Assembly (NCBI GenBank): GCA_028023455.1
Contig: JAQFVV010000009.1
Coordinates: 11,284,001 to 11,348,000 of the forward strand
DNA: 64,000 bases
Origin: Epiperipatus broadwayi
Taxonomy: Eukaryota > Animalia > Onychophora
Direction of reading: 5' to 3'
The notes beneath the pieces are model-generated. The model did no database searches. It was not told where the DNA came from and saw only the letters and a program-made list of their open reading frames with translations. This document shows, one piece after another, positions 24,859 through 36,753 of this stretch. The number at the start of each line of letters is the position of its first letter. The first letter of the stretch is position 1. The position numbers and the translations under genes are program-made.

Positions 24859-24946
24859 CAATGGAGCAATCTCTGTGGTAAAAATTCTTCGGGTGTGCAG
24901 AGTATTGCGTCCACTGAGAGCCATCAACCGAGCCAAAGGATTAAAG
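24859..24946 (+). CDS. Ca-alpha1D: Internal exon of an L-type voltage-gated Ca2+ channel alpha1 (Cav1), domain III S4
   Basis: ttttttag|C AAT GGA GCA...TTA AAG|gtatca, 88 nt, phase 2 to 0. Encodes [29 protein letters not shown], matching the Cav1 IIIS4 motif [24 protein letters not shown]. Confidence 0.97.
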
Positions 24947-27699
24947 GTATCATTAGGTTTAAAAGATTTAAAATTAAAAAAGTATTTACTCTCTAGATCT
25001 TTTTACATTATTTCTTTTATCAGCTTATTTGCTTTGTCTTTTCACTTTTTTTTTTAAAAGTTATTTCTTATTTTTTATTTCATTACATTATCTAAAATAT
25101 TATTAAGATTCATTCACATACTTTAGTTCATATTAACTCTCTGGTTCAAATAATATTAACAACAATAATAAAAACATTTTAATTATTACACACCACAAAA
25201 TTGATATATATATATTTAGATAGAAAATGAATCTAAATAAATATTTAAATAGTATTTATTTTATGTGACTGTGTTTTTCCTAAGTATTTATTAAATCATT
25301 ATACTTTGATTATTTCATAGAATTCTTTATTACATCTTCACATATTACAAATAATAAGATTTTAACACTTTGGAGAAAAAGTAATCAGTGATTGAATCCA
25401 CATAGTAAAAATAATTTTTTTGTCCCATAGCTATATATAATCCTTTTTTCATGTTTAAGTTATCATTGTAAATGTAACAAAGAATCAGCATTTATATGCA
25501 TACATGCTTTCATCCTGATTTCAAGGAACTCTGAATTATATCTTGATTGAGAACTATCAGGCATCTGAGAAGAAAGACCATGGTGTTTTCTTGGTATTGA
25601 ACTCAGAGATAAAAACATGTAAGCTGACATTGTAACAGAACTTATAAAGATGTCATTAGAAATTTTCTCAATTTGATTGTTTTAAAATCTCAAAAAACAA
25701 AATCTAAGAATATTCTTTCACTTAATAGTATTTTTTTGCAACTATATGAATAATATATACATACATATGTATAAATTGTTTGTATAATGGAGAGATGAAT
25801 TTAAATCTAAAACTACAGTGCAATCATTAAATAATGTTTTAAAATATATCATAATATAGTTAAATTTTTACAGAATTAGAAATCAGTATAAATACATATA
25901 TTATTAATGACAATAATTGGATATTGATAATGGAAGTATGTGAATGTTGCAATCCAAATTAAATGTTGTGGAGGGAGCTAGGTATTACTATCTACAAAAA
26001 ATGTATTTGAAAAAAAAAAGACATTATATTTTATTGTATAGCTAAAAATTTTAAAATATAACTGTTTAGAGATGTTAAATTATACTTATTTAAGAACAAT
26101 CAGAATATTCTATTACTAATAGTTTATTTCACTGCAACTGTAATCAGTGGATTTAATATATATTTGTATACACGTGTAAATGCAAAATTTAGTTTTATAT
26201 TGTAAAATATGAGTAAAACATTCTGGTAATCATTATAATTTATTAATAATGTAAATGAATTAAATATGAAACACATTTTTCAAGTCAAATATATCACAAA
26301 AAATAATTAAATATTAGATATTGATGTCATGCTTGCAAATATTTGTTACATTATTATTAATCACATGTGAACAATTATGAATGGTACAATGAATTATAGT
26401 AATAAGGGTTAAAAGTTTCTCTTATTTTGTTGCTTAATTGCTTCACAATCTTTTGAATGATAACCATTTAGTATTTTTACTATATTCTTATATTATATTA
26501 CTATTGTAACGTAATTCCAAAAAATTGAGACAGAAAAAAATTATTAAAGCCTTTGATCTAAAAATTAATATAGTAAAAAAATCATAAGCAAAATCTTAGG
26601 TTAAGTTTAAAAACACTTAGGAATTTATAAATGATTCATAAAATTGAGCTGGCTATTATTTTTTTTAACTTGGACCAGACTAAGTTTCTTGATTTCTAAT
26701 AGTTATGTCTTTTTTCTGCTATAATCATGACATAAGATTGAAATTCAAATAGAACTTCAAAATATTTTTAAATAGCTGAGAATTTACATGAAAGAATGAG
26801 ATTTTTTTCACCTATTATCAGCCTTCTTGGCAATATAGTTCTTTATCAGTAAATGAATATTTAGATATTCTTAAGTATTGGATAAATCAAAAAAGGAAAA
26901 CCATAAAAATATACCACTGGTAATTGACTATTCCTAGGATTAATGTCTTCTTCTTTTTCTTTTCTACTATGGAAAGATCTCAGAGTGCTATATGAAATAC
27001 TTAATGCCATTTTAACTACTTTTTACATACTCAAAACAGATTATTGTTATAATTTTTAGAGATTGGATTGATTAATATAATAAAAACTTGTTGATTAATA
27101 TAGATAGAACTTATTTGTAATTGATCTTTTTTGTTAAATTACTTTAAGGCTATATCTATTATTTGCAGAATACAATGCAAAATATATCCACAAAGTTCTG
27201 AAAAAATAATATGTTTAAATAATCAAAATATAGATTTATATTTTAAACTAGCAGAATCTAAACATTTGCAGTTAATATTTGCTTTTCTTTCTCTTTCTCT
27301 CTTTATATAAAGTTATAAAATATTATGCTTTAAAACTGTAAGCAATAGTATTGCCATATATGATTCATTTACAAAAGTATTTTAAGTAGTGTAGAAGTTA
27401 TAATAATATTGGTTTTTAAGCATTTTTAATTCTCTCAGTTAATTATTTTAGATCATAGATTTGAAGTCAAAGAGAGGTTGTTTTTTACTTCTGCCCCTTA
27501 AAAATAAAAAAATATTTAATAACAAATATATGACAATTTTATTTTAAAAAATTGAATGAATTATGGTTTAATAACTTTTAATATTAATAATGTTTTGAAA
27601 TTGTAAAAAAGTTTACATATTTTATTATTTTATACTTCACTTATTAATAATTGAATTCCTGTGAAATCTTTACACAGCTATTTATCAACAAAATGTCAA

Positions 27700-28000
27700 A
27701 ACTCCAGACAGACAAGAAATATTTTATTATTATAGATAAACTTTTACATTACTTAAATTTTGCTGATGTCATGCAATAAAAGGATTGATGAAATTTATAG
27801 AAAGTTTAACAATTTTTATAAATGGAGATGAAAATCAGTAAATCATAAGTCTGAAGCAATTATATATGGAGATGAAAAGAACATTAAGTGTGGCAGTTGG
27901 ATAAAAAGTTTAAGAGTAGGTTAATGCTTTTAAATATTTAAAAATTTGATTATTTAATAATAGAAATATCAAAAAATTACTAGAGCAAAGTTATATTAGT
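27700..28000 (+). mobile_element. Highly decayed non-LTR retrotransposon RT fragment
   Basis: LHYLNFADV, then KSEAIIYG..KNIK..AFKYL-like segments across frameshifts. Confidence 0.35.
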
Positions 28001-30329
28001 TAAACAGAATTTTAATAAGGGTAGGAAGCTATTTTGTGTACTTTTAAAATTAAAATTAAGTTTTAAGGGGCTTATTACATGTATTTAAAATGTGTATATA
28101 CATTTCATGATAAAAGGAATAATATTAAAGGAATTAGGGGTTTAAGGTTGTGGATTTGGAGAAAAGTGGAAAAAATAAGATGGTAGAATAGGATTTGTAG
28201 TGTTAAGGAAAATAAATAAAAGAATATGATTTTGAAACTTTTTATAACTGGTTGAAAACCTTTTTGGTTTAAATGCATGATACATTTTTATTGTAATTAT
28301 ATATTGTTGTGTTACATTACTAGAACATAATTTTCTATTTTGTAATTTTGAAATTACAAGAAAAAGAGTAATCTTTTAGGTTTTTTTTTTTTAAGATGCT
28401 TAATATAATTTGAATAATGAAATCTAAAAAGTATCTGAGAAGTAGAAGAACGTTAGATCAATGTTGATCTAATTGCCAATTTTATTCAGTCAAAGCTGGG
28501 AATTTTTGTGTCAGATAATTTTTTTTTGTCTTCAGTATATATACAAAAACAGTATTATTGTGAGAATTAAACTGTTTGACTTTTTCTAATTAATAGATGT
28601 TTTAGATTATGAGTTGCAAGCAAAATATGTCCAGTAAAAGATTAAATTTTTCTTACATGGAGTCAGAATCTCATTTCTTCATGACTTTTTCATTCATTAG
28701 TGGTATTAAGATTGAAAAAGAATTATTTAACCATGTAAGACTTGATGGATACATTGAGAAGTGAAGCAGATTAAAAATGAATATTATATAGGCCTGTAAT
28801 AGATATATTCTATGAAGGACTTTTAGAGCATGTAATGAAATTGTGTGTGATTATAGACTTTTTATGCTTTTGAAGTATATAGTGTTAAGAATGCTATATT
28901 AAGAATTAATTCTTTTAGATTTGCTTATTCTATGATAATGTCAGATAAGTGCAAATGATCAAACTGATAGAATCACATTTTCAAAAAATATTCTAATCCT
29001 GTGAACTCCAGATTACCATAGCAATTGAAAAGTAGAAGGTACAAATTTTACTATCATATTCCAAGATAATTAATCTATTTAAAGATAATCTAAAGATAAA
29101 TCTCCAAAAATTGTGTTCACATTTCTAATAGTGATTGCTTTTGTAAAACTAAACTGTGTTATTACTAATTTTACTTCCATTATCTAAGTATACAAAACTA
29201 AGGATCATATTAGAAGAATATTTATTTATTTTTTATCATTGCTTTCATGGATTTTGTTCAATACGCATTTCATTGCTTGTCCTGAAGTAGATTTCTTGTT
29301 GAGTATTTCATATCAATGTTTACATGAGTTAAATAAAAAATTTGAAGTCAGCTTTTTGTATTAGACTACTTGAAATGTTTAACTAAGAGCTTTAAATCAA
29401 ATTTAAATATAACTGCAAATTTTTGAAAATAGTATGGTAGATGACATTTTCATCATTGCAGTGCTCGCAGTTCTTATTTTTATAAACTTCAATGATTTGA
29501 TCATTATAACTCTTATTGATATATATATATGGAATATTTTCCACTATACCTAACTGCAAAACAAAATTTTTTGAGAATAATATTAATATTTTTTATTTAC
29601 AATTTTATAATACAATAAATCTTATGTGCATATATGATTTGGCATTTTCTAATATTAGCAAAATTAATAATAATTTACGTTTACTATTGTCAAATGAATT
29701 GTAAACTTAATCAATTAATTTAAACAATATTTTCCTGAAGTTTGTGATAAAGGTATATTGAATATGATAATTTGAACTATTTTCACCATCTATCATTAAA
29801 CGTTGAATGTATGGAAAATTTTCAACTTTATTTAAAACTTTTCAAATACAAATAACTAGTATTTAACTTCTTAATTAATTTAAACCATAGTTGCCTAGAT
29901 AAAGCCTTAGCTATTAAAGTGATCTAAAATAATCAGAATGGTCTTACAAAAGTTTTTACATCTTTATTTACAAATATTTCTTTCTCTTTAACTTTTGTAA
30001 ATATTGGACAGACCTTGAGAATATTTTCAAATAATGGCTCTTAACAAACTTATCTGTGTATTCAATACTGTTAAAAAATAGATATTTTATTATTATTAGT
30101 GAGAAAGTAAAAGTCCAAAGATAACATTTTACCATCAAAGAAAAAATGTTGTATTACCTTGTTGCCATTAGCACTAGTGGGATAGTTGCCATTCATTTAG
30201 CTCAGTTGAAATCATTATTTTTTACATTTTTATATCAAATAATGTAAACATGTAATAAAATATCTATGGAGTTTAGACACACAATAATTTATAAACAATT
30301 TTACCTTTATAATAGAGAATATATATATA

Positions 30330-31120
30330 AACAAAGTATTTTTTGGATTAAACCAATGTATTATTTTGTATTATTTCCCAACATTTTGATGAAATAACAT
30401 CCACCTTTTTCAAGGTCAAGTTTTTAAAGAAAAACTATTAGATCTCATAATAAGTTAGAGAATGAGATTGAGCATGAGTATTCAGAATATGTGAATTAAC
30501 AAAAAGTTTATTTTCATCAGTTTCACCGATTTCAAGTTTATATTAGAAGACAGAGATAAAATAAGTGTTTTTCACTAGTCTGGAATAGATCATCAGTTTT
30601 ATTTAAACCAATTGGTCTTTTTAATACTTCAATAGATTTCTTCATAGTTCTCAAATCATACTTTTTCAAATTAGCAAGTATTTTAGTATTATCAAAATCA
30701 GGTTTGTGAACAATTTCTAAAAAATGTAAAGTAAAAGCTGATGTATTTAACTTCTGATTGAATGCATTACTTTGTTCCTTAAGCTATTGAATTGACTTAC
30801 ATAGCTTTTTGAGGACTGTAAAAATGGAATTTCATAAACACCCTCATATTCCAAAAGTACTCTGTCTTTAGTTTATGGAAAAATCACCAATTTTTTTGCT
30901 AGTGGAAAAAGTAGTCTTATGTTAAAATTATATAGTCTTCTACTAATCAAATTAGTGACTCCTTTAATGTAAGGTAAAACCATTCTATACTTAGTTACTA
31001 CTTGAGATCTAATGGTTTTTCTTTAACAACTTGACCTTGAAAATGGTGGATGTTATTTCAGCAAAATGATGGATAGTAGTACACAATAATACACCATTTA
31101 AGCCCCAAAATACTTTGTTT
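30330..31120 (-). mobile_element. 5'-truncated Penelope-like element (GIY-YIG end) with an inverted copy of its own 3' tail
   Basis: Minus 31000-30590: VLPYIKGVTNLISRRL...GVYEIP...SAFTLHFLEIVHKPDFDNTKILA...KRPIGLNKTD. Arms 30330-30447 and 31003-31120 are inverted repeats. Confidence 0.8.
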
Positions 31121-33459
31121 TCATCATATAACTGTACAAACATTAAATATTATATATGTTGAAGCAATCCGATCCAGAAGTCCGATCCATGCTTCACAGC
31201 CTGCTATAAACTTACTGATATTGTAAACCTGGGTTAAGTTTATATCCAAGTATCAACAGAATTTTACATTAAATATAAAATTAAAGTGTTTCATTTTGCT
31301 TATTCAACAGTCATTAATTTAGCTATTTACTTTAAAATATTCTTTTAAAATAAATTATGATTAGAATTAAATCGTTTATTAAAATTTCTTTTTCAAAATT
31401 TATTAATGAAACATATATGTACAGAAGCATATATATATGATTAAATGCAAAATTCTGTTGAACTAAAATGTCATTTTATTTAAAAGAAATTATAAAATAT
31501 TTTTCTTTTAATTTTGTTAAAAATATATGGTGTATGATTTTATTTTAAGATAAGCCTGCCAGTATTCCTAAAGTAATTGCATTTTCAATTAGTATTTCAT
31601 TCAAGGCAAATTAAAGATGGCCTTTTTAAATAAATAAAATTCAAAGTTAAAAGCAAAATTTGATAATAAGAAATTAAAGTTTATTTTTAGCAAAAAGTTA
31701 CTTTGAAACAAAGGAGCGTAGGGGACTTATCAAGATCTAGAATCATATGCAAAATAATAGAAAAGTATCTCCAGAAAGGTATAAAAGAAGGGAAGAACAA
31801 AAGACAGGGGATTCAGATTTTGTGCTTCAATTCATTCAGATTTTGTTCTTGAAGAAACTCTGCTGAAATTCGCCTTTTTATTCTAAAATTATTTTATTCA
31901 GAGATTGACTCTGAACATATTTCCAAATGTGTTACTGAAATAATGCTCCTGTTACAGTGACCAAGTTTAATGATCCTTCAAGGTTGCACTGAAAATAAAT
32001 GCTGAAAAACACTGTGTCCTAGATCTGTGGAGAATTTTTTTGATTTCAACATGTGACCCTTTAAAATCTCTATTACTTCGGTGGGTGTGACCATGTACGG
32101 CGGCTAAGCTCATCAGCTTTGCCTGCCATCAGAGTCCTAATCCATCAAAATGCCATAAAGTGTCAAATAAATAGTAAAACTGAACTGTGAGCTGTGTGTG
32201 TGCACCCTTCATGTCAAAATGCTTCATATTCCAAATCTCTTTGTCCGGACAAATAACTCCACGTACGTAATCAAGCCACGGACATCAAGGGAACTGGACC
32301 AACTAAACAAGGTCTGGTAACTTTTAATGATCTCCTCATGAACTATTACTTTTCTTTTCAATATAAATACCTTTCTTTAAATGTTTAATTAATTTATTAT
32401 ATGTCATAATGTAATTATTTTTCTCTTAATATTAGATTTATATTTATTTTAACTTGATCATCTATTTATGCTTAAAATTTCCCCTTTGCTATTCCTCATT
32501 TTAATGTGATATATATTTTTTCTTGTTTCCTTATGTGGTGTAAATTATTTCTTTATTTGAAAATATTTCCAATTTAAAATGAATATTTGTAATTTAAGAC
32601 TAGTTATGTTTCCTTTTGTTTTACCAAGTTGATCTGCTCGATAATGCTTATTTTGTTCGTATTTATTTCCACAGTTAAATATTAGTTATTTAAAGAAACC
32701 TTTAAATATTTTAAATTATTTATAAAGCACAAAGCAACTAGATTGCTTTGTGCAATAGTTATTTCAATTTTGTTTTATCGAGGGGACATGAGTTGATAAA
32801 GTGATTTAAATTGGAAAAGTAATACCTAGACTGCAGAATATTATGTAATTGCAACTGCCTCATTATGAAAATTATTCATCAGTGATCAATTGGGGAATAG
32901 CAAAGATATTTAAAACATTTATAATATTTAAATTACATTTATTAAAGTATCTAATTTAAAACAAAAGCTATAGTCTTATAATTTTCTTTAAACCTTTTAT
33001 GTTAATTGTCCGATGATCCAAGCATGCACAAACACTTAACTCATGTTATATTATATGCACGTTTAACTTATTTTAGTTCTTTAAGTATTCTAGTCTGTTG
33101 TCTCTCCCTGGTGCTAAGCTTGGGCCAGGGTTAAAAAATAATTTATGTGTGTCTCAGATATGTTGTTGGTTCATGGTTAAACTCGAAAATAGATGAATAG
33201 GGCAGAGGCCATAGTATTCTTGATTTTTATATCTCGCATATGAGTGGCCTCAAGGTACTTTCACCTAGTCTTTGAACTGGGTTAAACCAATATACATTAT
33301 TCAACCGGCACAATATATTATAATAAAAATAATAATTTTAATGGTAACAAACTATTATAAACAATCCTTAAATCCGCAGAAGTACTTTCAGTTAATTTCT
33401 TAAACCTGCCTCAACTGCCATTAAATTAAAAATAAAAACAAAGTGGAAGCAAAACATCA

Positions 33460-33860
33460 TCAATTCAAATTCCACGAATCTTGTATTTTAATGTTAGCAG
33501 CTTGTCTATTTATTAAATGCATTTTATTCCTATTTATAAAAATTGCCTTCTTAATTTTTCTTTTATTATGGTTTCTCTCTTCATAAAGAATTTTCACATT
33601 TTCAAAATCAAATTTAAATTTATACTTACATGTTTTTTCGTGATCAAAGAAAACTGAAGGAGACATTAAATCACCATTATTTTTAGTTTTTACACGCTTA
33701 TATAACAATTCATGCTCTCTCAATCTCTTCTCAATACTGCACCTAGATTCACCTATTATGATAGCATACAATCACAAAAAAATTGATATATGACATTACT
33801 TTTCTGCTTGACAGGTATGACATCCTTAAAATTATTGATTAATTTATTAATATTGTTTAG
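33460..33860 (-). mobile_element. PLE GIY-YIG endonuclease fragment
   Basis: KDVIPVKQKSNVIYQF.CDC...IGESRCSIEKRLREH...FDFENVKILYEERNHNKRKIKKAIFIN...INR...W. Confidence 0.88.
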
Positions 33861-33943
33861 AATGTAGAATGAAACATTAATGTTTGATTACTGGGATAAT
33901 CGAAAGCGCTCCTAAGTGGATAAAACTTTTTAATTATTTAGTT

Positions 33944-33981
<38 letters not shown>
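33944..33981. repeat. (AC)n(AT)n compound microsatellite
   Basis: Read directly. Confidence 0.95.
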
Positions 33982-35510
33982 CAAAAGAATGAAAATAGAA
34001 AATAACAGAATTGAGGCTGAAAGCATATGAGTATTATATGGTAGAATTTGGAGGTAAGAGGGATAGAAAAATTTTAAGAGATATATTATAAAAGTAGAGA
34101 TTGTAAGAGAAAGATTTTTAATCAAGAATCTTTATACAGTTATAGAGAAATTTATGTTCTTCCTTTTTACACATAAGTATAATTCATATTATTAGTGAAT
34201 TAGTGTTTTAAGAGTGTTTGTTAAATCTGCCTAATTTATAAAATTAAAATATCTATGTAATACAGTTTTTACTGCTAAAGAATAAAATTTGTCATCATTC
34301 TCAATTAACAGATAACAATAAATAATATATCAATAGAAGCATTATATTTATTATGTTATTATCTTTGTAGTCAAAGATTTATTCTAAATTACATTCTAGT
34401 TTCCCTAACATTTATTTTATTTAATAGTTTGTATAATCACAATTTCTCAAGTTCATGTGTCAATTTTTTTTTTACTCTTCTATCATTTATCGATTTCTCT
34501 AGCATATTTATCATTATTTTTTTATCAAAACATATAGTTATTTATTTTGTTTGTTTTTTTTAGCCTTTTTTTTAAATGTATTAACTATTTTTTATATCAA
34601 CACTCATACACAAATGTAGAGGTTTTGATAAACTTATTGAGCCATACATCAATAATAAATGGAATTTTTCAAAATTTATTTATGACATTTAGAAGCAGTT
34701 TATTCAAAATAATATTACAATCAGTTGATCATAGGTCTCAAGATTGAATGTCAAATTATTTATGTAATTATTGATTGTTTGATATTTTCTATGTTAATTT
34801 CTAGTTTTTAGGCATTGTTTTAAATATATTTATTCATATATAAATCATTTTATAAGATTAGTAAGTTACTAAATAATAAATAATGGTTATAAGTAATCTT
34901 CATAAATGTATAATCTCATCACATATTGATATAATGATACCATCTCAAAGTTTTCAAAGATTAAAAGCTAAAGGCAAACTTATAGGCTTAGTCCTTGTAG
35001 ATGTATATTTTCTTCATCTACAATGATGAAGGATAGATTATATTACTATGTGTAATTGATCAAATTTGATTATTCTGAAACCTTTAGCCTTAGCCAAAAA
35101 TAATTGAATGGCTGATTATTTAGCAATATTGAATAATTTGTTTGCCATCTATGAGCCACCTATTGTCAGCTATCTTAAAAAATATTTTCATTCGATCTGA
35201 ATTTAACCCTAGTTCATCTGCTTTAATCATGAACATGGCAATTTAATGTTTTAGCTACTACATCAAATGACTTTTTTTTTAAGAGTAGTAATTAGCAAAG
35301 AGTTTATATCTTTTTTTAATATTCTAAAATATGTTTGTATAATGCAAATGCATAGACTAAAGACTTTTCACATATAATTTTAAATTTGTTTTTTCTTGAT
35401 TCATTAGAGATAAAAGTTTATTACAAATTTTGTGAATAATTTATTTTATATTTAAGTAGTGTTAACAAACATAAATAATTACTTTTGATGGAAAATTGCT
35501 TCTAACAATA

Positions 35511-36232
35511 TAAATTGAGATACTGCTGAACCTCACTGCACTCGTTAAAATATATATCCGACAACCAATCAGAATATCATAATAGCCATCTAAATGACAA
35601 TCAAACCTAAACCCACAACAAAAATTTTACGAGAAAGGGCAGCCACCCTTCTCTCAACTTTTCTTTCTATATATCTAAGCCAGTCGTAAGTATTTAGATT
35701 TGAACGTTTGAAGTTTGTGTTTAGATTTGATTGTCATTTAGATGGCTATCATGACATTCTGATTGGCTGTCGGATACGTATTTTAACGAGTGCAGTGAGG
35801 TTCAGCAGTATCTCAATTTATTTCAATTTTCAACTATCTGTGCTTCGCAAATTAAAATATTATTTACATATTTTATTGTTTTGTTATGTATTCTAAAAAC
35901 TGCTACGTAGTAAATCATAGGATTTCATGTTGTATGTTTATGATTTAGACTCAGTGAGTTATTTGTGAAGATATTTAAAGCTTCAAACTTTCAGATCTAA
36001 ATACTTATGACTGGCTTAGATATATAGAAAGAAAAGTTGAGAGAAGAAGGGTGGCTGCCCTTTTCTCATAAAATCTTTGTTGTGTGTTTAGGTTTGATTG
36101 TCATTTAGATGGCTATCATGACATTCTGATTGGCTGTTGGATACGTATTTTAATGAGTGCAGTGAGGTTCAGCAGTATCTCAATTTATTTCAATTTTCAA
36201 CTATCCGTGCTTAGCAAATTAAAATATTATTT
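35511..36232. repeat. Local triplication: one inverted copy (35511-35716) plus two direct copies (35717-35865, 35977-36232)
   Basis: The segment GTTTGATTGTCATTTAGATGGCTATC...CAGCAGTATCTCAATTTA occurs twice forward and once reverse-complemented. Confidence 0.92.
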
Positions 36233-36693
36233 CTAAGCAATAATATTTTGTACTTAAAATTCCTTTGAAATTTTTTATTTTTTTCATTAAGTTATATCAG
36301 TAATTGATAATGACTTAGTATATGATCAAATTCTTTATTTAACAGGAAATGACTTGTATCTATTTTACTTTTATTATTTAATATGATATAATAGCAAAAG
36401 ATATATATTTTCTAAGAGAATAGTAAAAATATAACCAATTCAGGAAAAAAACTTGATTTTAAATTTTTGATAATTTAAATAATCATTTTCAAAATTCATA
36501 AAGAATAAGAAGAAAAAGTAATTTGCAGATAATGCCATTTCTTTTCTTTTTTTTTTTAGGATTTCTGAAGAAGACTAGTAGTCTGAATAAAAAATTTTAA
36601 ACTTTTTTTATTTGTTTTTCTTTAATATTTTTGCTATTTTGGTAATTATTAAATAAAATTTAAACTTTTTTTTATTATCATTTCTATATGTAA

Positions 36694-36753
36694 GCGTTGG
36701 TGGCCTAATGATTAGCAAAGCAGCTGACCTGGGTTCGCTTTCCGATCAACACA
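36694..36753 (+). pseudogene. tRNA-Gly(TCC)-derived pseudogene lacking most of the anticodon arm
   Basis: GCGTTGGTGGCCTAATGATTAGCA-[~11-nt gap]-AAGCAGCTGACCTGGGTTCGCTTTCCGATCAACACA aligns with animal tRNA-Gly(TCC) GCGTTGGTGG...AAGCAGTTGACCCGGGTTCGATTCCCGGCCAACGCA. Confidence 0.75.

Noticed and set aside
30570-30597. Minus-strand CTGATGA...GAAA
   Set aside because: Lies within the PLE coding end (NKTDDL) and stem II does not pair.
31530-32560. GC-richer block with TATAAAAG, possible solo LTR
   Set aside because: No defensible TG/CA ends, TSD or second copy.
32727-32753. Perfect 11-bp hairpin, possible Helitron 3' end
   Set aside because: No intact CTRR downstream and no 5' end identified.
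36565-36592. CTGAAGA-AGACT/AGTCT-GAAT hammerhead-like core
   Set aside because: GAAA is broken and no stems I or III are present; likely chance.
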